This document shows positions 1 to 14,144 of a stretch of DNA of 64,000 nt, in pieces. The translations under genes and the position numbers were made by a program. Position 1 is the first letter of the stretch; each line of letters begins with the position of its first letter. The stretch lies in contig OZ024745.1 of NCBI GenBank assembly GCA_964016885.1, forward strand, positions 100,874,001 to 100,938,000. Reading direction: 5' to 3'. Below the pieces are notes generated by a model that saw nothing but the letters and a program-made list of their open reading frames with translations, was not told the origin of the DNA and ran no database searches. The stretch comes from Eledone cirrhosa (taxonomy: Eukaryota).

Positions 1-16
1 AGAACACGCCAATGGT

Positions 17-47
17 ACCCGGACGCCAGCCGAACGGGCCAGCTAGT
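17..47 (+). mobile_element. Helitron-like 3' terminus (element runs off the window start)
   Basis: GC hairpin CCCG...CGGG followed by CCAG-CTAG-T, then (TA)n. Confidence 0.45.
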
Positions 48-235
48 ATATATACTCTTTTACTCTTTTACCTGTTCCTGCCATCCGTCTGAGGCCATGC
101 TGGGGTACCGCCCTTATATATATATATCCTACTTCAAATAGAAGTACTACAATAGGAATCTGTTCATATGAGTACTGGACAGAGAGGTTAACGACACGTT
201 AAACCAGTAGCATGTCAATGGAAAAATACATCTTG

Positions 236-308
236 ATTCATCTGAAGAAAACATGTAAGGTGGTTATTATATAACTACCTTTGTAGCTTTGAAATACGTA
301 TAATGAAT
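236..308 (+). ncRNA. Type I hammerhead ribozyme motif in a TA-flanked PLE-like fragment (about 128-355)
   Basis: ATTCAT-CTGAAGA-[stem II incl. AGGTGGTTAT/ATAACTACCT]-GAAA-TACGTA-TA-ATGAAT; perfect 6-bp stem I, palindromic stem III. Confidence 0.75.
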
Positions 309-643
309 TATATAATAAAATGACGATGCACGAATATAACCGTCTCTCTCTTATATCTATATATATAAAACTGATGTTGTCTGTGTGTGTGTCCTCATTT
401 TTGCAAAGTCTATACAAATCCACATTTCTACTCCGATTGACTTCAAACTTGCATTTATATATTCCTTGTGGTCTAAAAATACTAACTGCCGCTTTTATTT
501 TTCAATTTTCTGTTGTTAAAGGGGTGTTAGGCGCCGGTTATCCATCTCCGTCGAGCCCTTATAATATCTGTCTGTAAGTCTAACTGTCTGCATAACGACA
601 GTCTGACAAACACGTCATTGTTGACGTATTATCTTCGCTACAT

Positions 644-649
644 TCACAC

Positions 650-715
<66 letters not shown>

Positions 716-840
716 ACACACACACACACATATATATATACATATATACTTATATATACATATATATATATACACATATATACATATACACACACATATA
801 CACATATATATATATATTTATATATACACACACACAGATA
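644..840. repeat. (CA)n/(TA)n compound microsatellite
   Basis: Seen directly; one of dozens of similar tracts (e.g. 4230-4375, 6378-6517, 7572-7758, 37380-37487, 45580-45710, 48600-48950). Confidence 0.95.
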
Positions 841-1048
841 CATTGCAGGTTGCTTTAACCCGTCTTTTATTATTCAAAAAACTTCTTGCCAATAAATATT
901 AACCCTTTGAGCGCCATTCATCTAACTGTAGACCAAGTAAACGGAACATTGACAAGAACGATGGCGAATGAATCTTCGAGGTAAGCAGTTTCCTCCCGAG
1001 CTGTTACTTCACGCGGGATTCACTGCTACACCTTTTCGTAATAATACC

Positions 1049-1229
1049 TGTTTCTACTTTAGGCACAAGGCCAGCAATTACCCAGTGCATTACTGGTACT
1101 TTATTTTATCGACCCCCGTAAGGATGAAAGGCAAAGTCAACCTCGGCGGGATTTGAACTCAGATCGTAAAGGGACGTAACTATGCTTGAAAGCATGGCGT
1201 CCGACCCTCTACCGATACTGCCAATCCAC
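1049..1229 (-). mobile_element. tRNA-derived SINE, family 1
   Basis: Reverse complement has A box TGGCAGTATCGG, B box GAGTTCAAATCCC, core GCCGAGGTTGACTTTGCCTTTCATCC and 3' end GTAGAAACA. Confidence 0.9.
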
Positions 1230-1337
1230 GAACAACGTTCAGCTGGTCACTCCTACCTCCAAAAGCCGTACAAAGCATCTCTCTCTCTCTCTCTCTCTCT
1301 CCCTCCCCCTCTCTCCCTCCCCCCCCCCCTCTCTCTC

Positions 1338-1412
<75 letters not shown>

Positions 1413-1419
<7 letters not shown>

Positions 1420-1950
1420 GAACAGATTAAAGTTTAAGCAAAGAATCGCTGCTTTCAACATTAACGGGATCTTCTGAAACTAAAAAAATTTATCTGTGAA
1501 CGCAGAAGTAAATATTTCGAGAAACGTTGCAACCGAAGGAAAAGAGGAAGACGATATTTTGGTTCGTGAAGACGTTCTCTGGCAATGAAGGAAAAAAAGC
1601 GAGGATAATACGTCGTTATGTGGACTAAGAAGAACAATTTCATACAAAGACAAGACCAAGTTTATAGTATAAATGGAGACGTTAGACTAATATTCTATTT
1701 AAAATAATCGAATGATTTCCAGCCCCGGAGTTTAAGAATGATGTAAATAAAATTGAAAACGAAAATGACAGAGGTTATTAAAATAGTAAAAGTAAATAGT
1801 GAAGATTTAGTACATACGTATGCACCGAAGGACATACACATACATATACATACGCACACACAAATACATACACACATACAAACACACACACACAAGCGCA
1901 CGCGTGTGTGTGTAAACCTTGTGCATTTCTACAGTATTTTCACCAAACTT
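1413..1950 (-). mobile_element. PLE family A 3' region, tail-less, with hammerhead-like motif at 1432-1480
   Basis: Homologous to 47950-48222 and 58196-58850; abuts (TA)n. Confidence 0.7.
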
Positions 1951-1959
1951 AAGACATAG

Positions 1960-2336
1960 GTTACTTATGTACTCCGGATGGTCATTGGCACTTTCATTTT
2001 TCCAGATATTGATTATAGGGCCTCCCGGCAGATAACCCCCTTTAACCACTTCCTTGGAGTCGACTGAAGCACTGCAGTGCAATGCAACAAAACGTCATAA
2101 CTTCTGGAGTTCGCAACTGATTTTCTCAAAACATAACACATGGGCTACGTTTGTTCTACAGATGAATGTGAATTGGCACACATTGAGTAGGGGACCCCTG
2201 GGGGCAGGAACTCCCTTTGGGAAAAAGCCGATGATTTTGTAAAAGTATAGTTTTCGAAGAAACACTGAAGTATTGACATAAATGGTATACACAAATGCTA
2301 TTTAATACCGGAGCAACACTGGGTACTCTGCTAGTA
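1960..2336 (+). mobile_element. Helitron-like non-autonomous element, 3' part (5' limit uncertain)
   Basis: Hairpin CCGGAGCAACACTGG, then GTACTCTG-CTAG-T; resembles the terminus at 5820. Confidence 0.5.
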
Positions 2337-2732
2337 TATTATATATATATATAGATATATATATAAAGTTGTATTCATGTCTGTTTGTTTGTTTCTTTCT
2401 TTGTTCACGAACTCCTCCTATGGTTTTGGAGATAGACCCCCGTAACCATATATATTCTGAAACTACATTTCCCAGGGTAATTGGATAAGTATATTTCATT
2501 TTAATCAAAGGGTACCCCGGGGGCACAAAACCTCCGCTGAAAATATTTTCCCTTCGTTTTATATTAAATTTAAACCATGAGTAAATGACAAGATATGCCT
2601 ATTCACGATATTTCAGCATATTTCAAAAATATTAAGACACCCTAATGGAGCTTAAAACCCCTATAGTGAAAACTTTGGAAGCCCAAATAAAATAATGCTT
2701 TACGCAAAAATGAAATGAAGTTTTGAGTTCAA

Positions 2733-2861
2733 ATGGTCTGAGTTCAAATCGCGCCGAGGTTAACTTTGCCTTTCATCCTTACGGGTTACAGGGTCGATAA
2801 AATAAAGCACAAGTAATACACTGGTATAATTGCAGGCCTTGTGCCAATTGTAGAAACAATT
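2733..2861 (+). mobile_element. SINE family 1, 5'-truncated (left arm of an inverted duplication)
   Basis: B box, core and tail present; shares private variants with 2966-3159. Confidence 0.85.
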
Positions 2862-2965
2862 ATTTGTAATATATCAAATCAAAATTACATTATTAAATTT
2901 TATTTACAAGAAGCAAAATAAGAATAAAATTTAATAATGTAATTTTGATTTGATATATTACAAAT

Positions 2966-3159
2966 AATTGTTTCTACAATTGGCACAAGGCCAGCAATTA
3001 TACCAGAGTATTACTTGTGCTTTATTTTATCGACCCCCGTAACCCGTAAGGATGAAAGGCAAAGTTAACCTCAGCGCGATTTGAACTCAGACCATAAAGG
3101 GACGTAACTCTTTGCTGCAAACCATGGCGTCCGACCCTCTACAAATACTGCCAATCCAC
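2966..3159 (-). mobile_element. SINE family 1
   Basis: Near full-length match to 14372-14556. Confidence 0.9.
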
Positions 3160-3650
3160 TTCCAATTTGTCCAATTTATACTAGCCGAATTACCCGCAAG
3201 GTAATTAAACTTTTATAATTATTCGAGAGACCATAACCTTATTCGAGATTCCTCATACCAAACCTACAGCGTCAATATAACAAAGCAGTATCACAAATGT
3301 TGACCTTTCACTTGAGTGCTAAACTACAACCGCTCTACAAATTTCAGCTAAAACTCGCATTGGAGTACTTCCCTTACATATGAGTTGGAGCTATTGATAC
3401 GCAAACTGGTTTATTGAAAAGCATTCAAAGAAAGGTCATACAACTGATTGACTCACTAACATAGATATAAATGGGACTGTGTTGTCGCGCATGTCACGTC
3501 ATCTACCTTTACCACAATGGCCTCTGCTTCTTGGAAATGGCTGAACTCTTACGACATCAACTTACATGCTCTCGACTCACGCAACTCTCGTTCCCATGCT
3601 AACCACTACGTCTAATGATTAATATCTAGAAACTACACCGACCCTCAATG

Positions 3651-3735
3651 TATTGGGCCATCAAGTATGAAATTTGTAGAAATTTATAGATAAAACACGA
3701 GTTTCTACAAATTTCATACGTGACGATCCAACATA
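3651..3735. mobile_element. Tc1/mariner-type MITE (about 85 bp)
   Basis: TIRs GTATGAAATTTGTAGAAA / TTTCTACAAATTTCATAC with TA ends; second copy at 60636. Confidence 0.7.
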
Positions 3736-4276
3736 TCCCTTGCAAACATCTTGTTTCAGAGGGCCTGCGGACGCCGTAGAACAGAACCTTTCCAAAGACT
3801 GAAGAAATAAGCATAAAAAACAAAATATATAGATATGATAAAGAATATATAGATTTCGGCGACAACGATGATGATGGTGGAAAAAGAAGTTTTAGAAGAA
3901 AGAGAAAATTGCAATGTCAATTTCACATTGTCTGAAGGCAATATCCGACTACAGATACACTCCAATAGCTAATTATAAATGCTGGAGGCCATCTTGAAAG
4001 AAGGAAATTAAGTATCAGGCATATACTGTCAATGGCAATGGTTTTCATTTTGAAGGCGAACTGGTGCCAACGCTATCACCCAATTACAGAATCATAAACA
4101 CGAACATTAGTAGACATGAAATATTTGTATAGATATGTATGTTTCTGTGGAGATTATATATAAATCTCTCTCCCTCTGTATGTATATATATGTGTGTGTG
4201 TGTGTGAGTGTGTGCACGCGAGAGGGCGTATATATATATATATTTAGATATATATATTTATATATATATTTATATA

Positions 4277-4821
<545 letters not shown>

Positions 4822-5035
4822 TAAATAAATATATATATGTGTGTGTGTGTGTATTTATGCGTGTATGTATGTATAGAGTTAAATACATATTACCAGTAAC
4901 ACTAGCATAGAGTGATTCATAATAGAGATGTGTATGAAGGCATATATGATATGTTTATGTACAATAGCCATTCAAACAGATTTATATATGTTTATTTTAC
5001 ATAAACATTACGTATAGCTCACCATATACACCTCT

Positions 5036-5216
5036 ATTGGCAGTATCGTTAGAGGGACGGACGCCATGCTTTAACGCATAGAGTTACGGCCCTTACCATT
5101 CTGAGTTCAAATCCCGCCAAGGTTAACTTTGCCTTTCATCCTTATGGGGTCGATAAAATAAAGTACCAGTAATGCACCGGGTAATTGCTGGCCTTGTACC
5201 AAAAGTAGAAACAATT
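5036..5216 (+). mobile_element. SINE family 1 with a shared 5' extension (4956-5035)
   Basis: A/B boxes, core and tail. Confidence 0.9.
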
Positions 5217-5223
5217 ACATATA

Positions 5224-5340
5224 ATTCGGATCTAGCTGTCGGGGTCCTGACTCATTTCATATTACCCACTCTACTACTCTAAATATTGAGTGCTCTAGTG
5301 CATTATAGTCCACCTGGTATCTTATCACACCCTCTTCATT
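5224..5340 (+). mobile_element. PLE-like family B 3' end (stem III hairpin deleted)
   Basis: GTCGGGGTCCTGACTC...TATTGAGT...GTCCACCTGGT matches 33699-33830 and 43315-43415. Confidence 0.65.
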
Positions 5341-5355
5341 TATATATATATATAT

Positions 5356-5625
5356 GGTGTAACCCCCCCTACGCTACAGGAGGAAATATTCCTAGTAATT
5401 AACCCACCAATCAAAACAACTTTTACCGGCCAGTATATGAACATAAGAATTTTTCGTAAGCCTTGCATATTCATTCTGCCATTACTACCTCAGAGGTCTG
5501 ACAAGCCATTGGTTACAGAATCGGGCTAGATTGATTCAGATCGAACCTTGAGCTGATCAATAGCGAAACGCGCGTCACCAACCAATAAACGTAATGAAGG
5601 AGTAACCATTCGTCCTTGTTTTATT
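5356..5625 (+). mobile_element. PLE-like family K fragment with degenerate hammerhead (5495-5579)
   Basis: GGT-CTGACAA-GCCAT...ATAGC-GAAAC-GCGC-GTC-ACC; homologous to the reverse complement of 57241-57385. Confidence 0.6.
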
Positions 5626-5647
5626 ATATATGTATATATATATATAT

Positions 5648-5804
5648 AGTAATAATAATAAATTTGAAGACTAAAATCCAAAGAGGACTGGATAAGGATA
5701 AATATATATCAAATATATAAGAACCGTAGAGCAAATATTTATTAAAATAACAGATTAAAGTTTAAAGAATCGCTGCTTTCACCCTTAACGGGATCTTCTG
5801 AAAC
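5648..5804 (-). mobile_element. PLE family A terminal fragment with tail
   Basis: Matches 59138-59298; begins exactly at hammerhead stem I. Confidence 0.7.
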
Positions 5805-5819
5805 ATATATATATATATA

Positions 5820-6519
<700 letters not shown>

Positions 6520-6575
6520 TGATCTGTGTTGTTACAATTAAGTATAAAAAATGAAGAATTCTATTTCTAATTCTT

Positions 6576-6606
<31 letters not shown>

Positions 6607-6611
<5 letters not shown>

Positions 6612-6816
6612 ATATTAAATAAATGGAAACTATATTTATAAAACCATATTTATTTTATTATATATATTTCGAGGGTAACTAAGACAACATTGGTACGCTT
6701 TCATCAGATAAAATACAAAGTTTGTTTTATAAATAGAGACATACCCATGAAAATCATACCTTATCGGTTGGAAATTCACTGGATAGTGAATTTCCAACCG
6801 ATAAGGTATGATTTTT
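6607..6816 (-). mobile_element. PLE family C 3' end with hammerhead motif (6651-6715) and fold-back (6750-6816)
   Basis: Near-identical to the reverse complement of 63655-63835. Confidence 0.75.
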
Positions 6817-7019
6817 TATCCGTTACAAGATGTGGTTACAACCTTACCATTGTCGATACGCACAGTGTCATGTAATTGTTTTTCCGCACCTGTTTGCCTG
6901 GGTCGTTTGAGGCTGGGTCTGGTATGCATGGTTAGTTTCCTGGGTGTTCCTTTGCAGCGCCTGCCCGCCGGGGTGGTAAAACATGTTGCAGGGAGATCCG
7001 GTACACGGTTTCACTCCTC

Positions 7020-7469
7020 ATCCTTAACCCATCTGAAGAAGGATATTTTTAAGCGATGTGTACAACTTATCGCTGTTTCAGCTCTGCTGTTGATGAGCTA
7101 GTGGGGTGCAGTTATGTTGTGGTAGAGCTCCATGAGGCAAAGATCGCACTTCCTCTTGAAGTAGTACGGTGCAGCCCTGCCGACAATATCCCAGTGCGTG
7201 GAGAAGCTGATGTTTAAGTCCTTTAATGATGTGATGTAGTCCGCGAGCGAAGTGGAGTGTCTTAATTTCTTATTTGTGAAAGAGTGGAGATGTGTTCGAA
7301 ACCTAATTTTGAACGGGCCGGAGGTAGCTCCTATATAATGTTTAACGCTATTGTGGGTAGTTACAGTGCATCTATATATAACCCTATCAGTCAAGCAGTA
7401 TCCTCTAAGGAGGCAGCGTCCCCTGTCGCGGCAGTTGCAATTTCTGTCGCGGTTCCATCCATTTCCCAC
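7020..7469 (-). pseudogene. PLE GIY-YIG endonuclease remnant (Naiad-like)
   Basis: [15 protein letters not shown]...VIY...YIG...FKIRFRTH...TSLADYI...CDLCLME; past a TAG the frame continues LINSRAETAISCTH. Confidence 0.85.
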
Positions 7470-7569
7470 GGTAAGGCTATCATTCTATCATTGCTGCTGC
7501 TTACGTTGTTATCTACGCTCCGCAGCTGTCGTTAGCACCATTACAACCCGCAGCGCGCGGGGTGGTACG

Positions 7570-7763
<194 letters not shown>

Positions 7764-7924
7764 GGAAGTTTCTGGCACCGAAACGCATAGATAATCTCAC
7801 TTAATCGGGATTTTAAAATGTAATGTATTGCATATGTAATTCCAAACCAAGGTCATATTTAACATGTTTCCAGCTCCCCTAAGGTAGTTTCCCAAGGGCA
7901 TAATGTTGATAGTTTCAAGGCACA

Positions 7925-8190
7925 TAACCTTAGGGTTCATGTGTTGGACTTCATAATGACGACCATAATGTCGACGGTTCGACTCTTGGATAGGGTGGTG
8001 TGCTATGTTCCTGAACAAAACACTTCATTTCACGTTGCTCAAGTACACACAGTTGAGAGTGAATACCAGCAGTAACTGGGAGTTAACCCTGTGATAGTCC
8101 GGTGTCCTGCCCAGTGAAAGACTTGTACTCTCAGTCGTTTAACGATAAAGAAGCATGGGGAAGGAACTTTCCTGATGAGCCTTCGGTTTA
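7925..8190 (+). mobile_element. Old tRNA-derived SINE, family 2 (CORE-like)
   Basis: B box GGTTCGACTC, then TTCCTGAACAAAACACTTCATTTCACGTTGCTC; related to 12848 and 51575. Confidence 0.6.
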
Positions 8191-8720
8191 AGATTGCCTT
8201 TAACTAACTATATTTTTGTTATTCATAACTCGTATCACTGTAATCCTATATTTTTCTGTGTTTGATCGTTCATAGTCTAGCCAACTGAGCCGAATATGCT
8301 TCACAGTGGTGGATTATGAAGACCAAAACATGTCTGTTCTATTCACGATTTGGCTTTAAATACCAGATCCTCTCCAGCTTATATTTTCAGTTGATCTTAT
8401 TGAAGATAGTTCCTTTGTCATTTTTGGTTTTAGATTTTAAACTTCTCTAGGAGTTTTTATTAGTTAATTGCATGAATAATCGAAGTTTTTCAAGTCATTA
8501 CTCTCCTATAGAAATCTGAGATCAAACACTTCGGGATCCAGACAGAACGTGCTACGGTAAAATTCAGTGTGAATCTCAGCCTTATTATTCTAGCCAAATA
8601 TATAATTCGTAGAGAGAGAGAAAATGTTTAAAAAATATTTACTAATTTAGGTTTTATAGAAGAGGAATTGTAGATTTCATGGGAATGATTCTCAATGTTC
8701 ATTATTATTTTAAAAACCTT

Positions 8721-8910
8721 GGCAGTGGATAGGCAGTATCGGTAGGACATCAGACACCATGCTTTGCAGCACAGAGTTATGGCCATTTACGTTCTGAGTT
8801 TAAATCCCGCCGGGGTTAACTTTGCCTTTCATCCTTACGGGGCTGATAAAATAAAGCACCAGTAATGCACTGGGGTAATTGGTGGTCTTTTGCGAAAAGT
8901 AGAAACAATT
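8721..8910 (+). mobile_element. SINE family 1
   Basis: Full-length homology to other copies. Confidence 0.9.
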
Positions 8911-9687
8911 ATTAAGAAAATCGGACCATAATTTTATATTTCTGGAATACAAATTCAAAACCTTAAAATGCCAAACAAGAATCTATTTTTGAAAAAGTCC
9001 CGAAGGTGAATTTTTTATATTGTTGTCCGACATAGATTTCTTTAATAACCGGGTTTTGGCAATCTTAATGATATTTTATCTGTAACAGTAATGGTATTCT
9101 TACATGAATAAATTAGGCAGATATAAAGTATGTATTTAGTTTTATATTAACCTCTTTAGATGTATAGTGTCTTAATAAGTTTATTAATCGCTATAGGCCA
9201 CATAATAAATATTTAACTGAACGAAGTTATTAGCAGGAAATTTATTACAGTTAATTATTTTAACATAAAATCTTGATAAACATATTTATTATTTATATAA
9301 ACTAGATTTTTAGTTTTTAATTTGTCTCTTTTCTACAGACAGTGAGTCGCCAACCGAGTTTGTTCCACAACGAAGCCCATGAGTGGAGATAGGTCACAGT
9401 TCTCATACAGACCACCTACTATCAAAAAGTTTGCTACGCAAATATTTTATTGGTAAAATACATTTATACAGAGTAATATGACTAGTATGTAAGTAGTGTA
9501 AAATATTCACGTAAGCCAACATACAACTCACTATGCGGGCTAAAAAACAACAATTCTTAACATTCTGAAATATTTGTTTAGGAGACTACAGAAGGATGTT
9601 AAAAGTTTGAAAGGTAATTCAGATTTTAAAAACATGAAAGAATAAACAGTTCTGTTCTCAATATTACATGCACACATGAAGACATAA

Positions 9688-12340
9688 GTGTCAAACAACT
9701 CAAGCAATAATTATCTTCAAGCAATAATCGGTGAGGCCAGCAAGCTTCATGAGAAAACTGCTCTGATGCACGTAAACCTGGAAAAACACGTAACGTATTT
9801 TGTTATTGAAAAGATGAAAAACGCAAAATACAGCACCACGGTTCAAGCCCGCGCAATTAAGAATACTAAACGATCCCAGGGTTTCCCAACAGGGATATAT
9901 GAAGGGTCAACTCTAAACTCAATAGAGCGAGTTGATCTTGCTGGTGAAAGTCTGGTGTCAATATTTAAGCCTAAGTTTGTAAAGTGCAGCAAAGCTACCA
10001 CAGTAAGATCCTTCAACATGCATACTCTGAACATAGCTGGTCGCACTGATGAACTGTGCTTTCTTCCAAACTCTTACAATATTAATATTGTTTGTGTTCA
10101 AGATCATAGACTTTATCACCTAGATGATGAAATCGAAGATCACAAAAAACATCTTGATTATCAACTTATTACAAGTTCTTGCTGGAAAATGAAGCCACTA
10201 CCTCAGTTGAAGGTGTTGGATTCCTTATAGGAAAGCTCACAAGTGAATAAAAAAAACTGAAAAAACTTTCTAATCACTGTATAACTGTTGAACTAACACC
10301 AGATCCTGTAACAACAGTTATCAGTTGGTATAGCCCTCACAATTGCAGCCTAGAAAATGGGTTCGATGATTTTCACAACCTTAAATCAGTCTGCATCGAC
10401 GTGCCTGCTCATAACCACTTGCTACTTTGTAGATACACTGCATCATAACCTCTTGTTAGTTTGTAGAGACAATTCATCATAACCTCTTGCTAGTTTGTAG
10501 ATACACTGCGTCATAACCTCTTGCTAGTTTGTGGATACACTGCATCATAACCTCTTGCTAGTTTGTAGAGACACTGCATCATAACCTCTTGTTAGTTTGT
10601 AGATACACTGCGTCATAACCCCTTGCTAGTTTGTAGAGACACTGCGTCATAACCTCTTCCTAGTTTGTAAATACACTGCGTCATAACCTCTTGCTTGTTT
10701 GTAAGGCACTGCGTCATAACCTCTTTTTGGTTTGTTGATATACTGCCTCATAACCCCTTGCTAGTTTGTAGAGACACTGCGTCATAACCTCTTGCTAGTT
10801 TGTAGAGACACTGCGTCATAACCTCTTGCTGGTTTGTTGATATACTGCCTCATAACCCCTTGCTAGTTTGTAGAGACACTGCGTCATAACCTCTTGCTAG
10901 TTTGTAGAGACACTGCATCATAACCTCTTGCTAGTTTGTAGAGACACTGCGTCATGACCTCTTGTTAGTTTGTAGAGACACTGCATCATAACCTCTTGCT
11001 AGTTTGTAGAGACACTGCGTCATAACCTCTTGCTAGTTTGTAGATACACTGCGTCATAACCTCTTGCTAGTTTGTAGAGACACTGCGTCATAACCTCTTG
11101 CTAGTTTGTGGATACACTGCATCATAACCTCTTGCTAGTTTGTAGAGACACTGCATCATAACCTCTTGTTAGTTTGTAGATACACTGCGTCATAACCTCT
11201 TGCTAGTTTGTAGAGACACTGCGTCATAACCTCTTCCTAGTTTGTAGATACACTGCGTCATAACCTCTTCCTAGTTTGTAGAGACACTGCGTCATAACCT
11301 CTTGCTAGTTTGTAAGGCACTGCGTCATAACCTCTTGTTAGTTTGTAGATACACTGCGTCATAACCCCTTGCTAGTTTGTAGATACACTGCGTCATAACC
11401 TCTTCCTAGTTTGTAGATACACTGCGTCATAACCTCTTGCTAGTTTGTAGAGACACTGCGTCATAACCCCTTGCTAGTTTGTAGAGACACTGCGTCATAA
11501 CCCCTTGTTAGTTTGTAGAGACACTGCGTCATAACCTCTTGCTAGTTTGTAGAGACACTGCGTCATAACCTCTTGCTAGTTTGTAGAGACACTGCGTCAT
11601 GACCTCTTGTTAGTTTGTAGAGACACTGCGTCATAACCTCTTGCTAGTTTGTAGAGACATTGCATCATAACCTCTTGCTAGTTTGTAAGGCACTGCGTCA
11701 TAACCTCTTGTTGGTTTGTTGATATACTGCCTCATAACCCCTTGCTAGTTTGTAGAGACACTGCGTCATAACCTCTTGCTAGTTTGTAGAGACACTGCGT
11801 CATAACCTCTTGCTAGTTTGTAGAGACACTGCGTCATGACCTCTTGTTAGTTTGTAGAGACACTGCGTCATAACCTCTTGCTAGTTTGTAGAGACATTGC
11901 ATCATAACCTCTTGCTAGTTTGTAGAGATACTGCGTCATAACCTCTTGTTTGTTTGTTGATATACTGCCTCATAGCCCCTTGCTAGTTTATGGCAGCACT
12001 GATACAATAATGTATTTTCATATTCAAACTAATAACAATGGATTAAAATTGGCAGACTTTGTAATGGAGCACAATCTCGCAACATTAAATACTATGTTCA
12101 TGAACAAACCAAATAAATTTGGACTTTTCAATACCCTTCTGGAAACAGGGCTCAGTTGGATTTTGTTTTAGTACGAAGGAAATAGATCAACAGCATCAAA
12201 AACTGCGAGCCTACTGTTCTTTCACCAGTGTGCAATCAGATCGCAAAATAGTATCTGCAAATTTAAAACTCAGCATTCGCACACAGAAGCAGCAACCAGG
12301 AAATCCTTTGAAACACAAATTGACATTTTGTTATCAATGA
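9688..12340 (+). pseudogene. RTE-like LINE AP-endonuclease remnant split by a minisatellite
   Basis: SFNMHTL...IVCVQDHR before the array; TNNNGLKLADF...NTMF, WTFQYPSGNRAQLDFVL, SVQSDRKIVSANLKLSIR after it; frameshifted. Confidence 0.8.
10404..11990. repeat. 34-bp minisatellite, about 46-47 units
   Basis: Unit CACTGCGTCATAACCTCTTGCTAGTTTGTAGAGA in tandem with no spacers; recurring variant units. Confidence 0.95.
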
Positions 12341-12847
12341 GAGTGCGGGGGATATTGTAATTATGAAAGATTGATGCTGGAGCTGTGAAATCTTGCATGC
12401 ATTAATTTCAACTCTTCTTGTTAATAACTGCATTGTTTCTTTCCAGAGACTATGTTGAAAAATAAAACTCATTTGGTCAGCCTATGAACTTCGCAGCCGA
12501 CCCTCATATATCCATTATAATTGTCAACAGGATATGATCAAGCCCGTTTGTATAAAAGTATGTCAGAACAAGGAGAGAAAAATGTAGATTCATGAAAGCA
12601 TGTAGATTCATAATTTACTAAACAGTTTGGAAAATAAAAATCTACAAGATCTTCTGACCATTTAAAGGATGAATGGTTGTACAAAGATAGTTGTTCTTAG
12701 TACTTTCATATATTTTCAGAATCTCTTCACTGAGGTGGTGGCTGGTCAAAATAAATATTATAACTGCAAGGAAAAAACAACATACATGCATACATAAATA
12801 CATACACACACATACAAGTATGCATATATATATATATTGAAGACCCC

Positions 12848-13172
12848 CTTCGATCAGGAATAACCAAGGGGTTTGCACCTAGAAAGTTTCCCTCCGAGGC
12901 ACAAGTCCAGGCAAGGTTGTTTGTAGAAGACCAGCAGTTACCCATGCATACCATATACCCCTCTCCTTGCCATCACTGATGTCCAAGGGAAAGGCTGTGG
13001 CAGATACAGCTTGACACCAGTGACGTCGCAACTCATTTCTACAGCTGAGTGAACTGGAGCAATGTGAAATAAAGTGTATTGCTCAAGGACACAACGCATC
13101 ACCCGGTCCGAGAATCGAACTCACAACCTTCAGATTGCAAATCCAATGCTCTAACCCCTAAACCATGCACCT

Positions 13173-13173
<1 letters not shown>
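12848..13173 (-). mobile_element. tRNA-derived SINE, family 2 (CORE-like)
   Basis: Reverse complement: tRNA-like head with GAGTTCGATTCTC, then GTGTCCTTGAGCAATACACTTTATTTCACATTGCTCCAG. Confidence 0.8.
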
Positions 13174-13205
<32 letters not shown>

Positions 13206-13225
13206 TATATATATATATATACATT

Positions 13226-13277
<52 letters not shown>

Positions 13278-13279
<2 letters not shown>

Positions 13280-13464
13280 TTGTTTCTACTTTTGGCACAA
13301 GGCCAGCAATTACCCAGTGCATTACTGGTACTTTATTTTATCGACCCCGTAAGGATGAAAGGCAAAGTTAACCTCGGCAGGATTTGAACTCAGACCGTAA
13401 AGGGACGTAACTATGCTCGAAAGATGGCGTCCGACCCTCTAACAATACTGCCAATTCACTGCCC
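13278..13464 (-). mobile_element. SINE family 1 in a TA tract
   Basis: Full length; (TA)nTTAAT on both sides. Confidence 0.9.
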
Positions 13465-14144
13465 CTATATATATATATATTAATACGCACTAATATACGT
13501 GAATACTAAAACCTTACACCTACATCACCATGCATAGCTTATATATATATTCAAGGGAGTGCACGCGCACTCATAAATTCTTATATAGGAGAAAATCGAG
13601 AAATAATATATATGCATAAAATAACAAGTATGAAAATAGAAAAAAAGATTTGTTAAGAGATATAGGGTACTAAATCGATATCATATACTTTTTTTTCTGT
13701 AATCATAAAATAACTTCTATCCAACAGCTAGAATGTTTAAAAAATATTATTTTCCTCTCAGTGCGTGAACGGAAAATATCCAATGATATTAATAAAACAA
13801 CTACTCTTCATGTCTAAAGTTAATGTTTCCACCACTTTGCCTCATGTTGCTGAAGATTTTAGTAATTAATTGATTATATATATATTTCTCATCTGCTTCA
13901 TATAGTATTTCATCTATCACTCTTTAGCACTATTTCCTATATTTAATCGACATGCTATTTGCAAGCAGCAGATGGCAGGCCTGTGAAAATCTGTATAGAT
14001 GAAATTGCTGGTCGTTTAGGGAAAAAGGACCGTTATACAAGTCAATGATCTTCAGAAAGAACAAATGTGTTTCATGTTTGGCGAGGGGTTTCAAGAAAAG
14101 AAATATATAAATGAGAAATTTATAGTTATTATTGCTGTATTCTA

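Noticed and set aside
968-1156. Recurring peptide HKASNYPVHYWYFILSTP / RMKGKVNLGGI
   Set aside because: Antisense translation of SINE family 1, not a gene family.
3800-3935. RYDKEYIDFG resembling a hAT transposase N-terminus
   Set aside because: Too short, and no BED finger or catalytic region follows.
9339-9455. Possible exon after the TTTTCTACAG acceptor
   Set aside because: Short, no recognisable product and no linked exons.
10404-11990. CRISPR-like array of about 34-bp repeats
   Set aside because: Units are head-to-tail with no unique spacers, there are no cas genes, and the context is eukaryotic.
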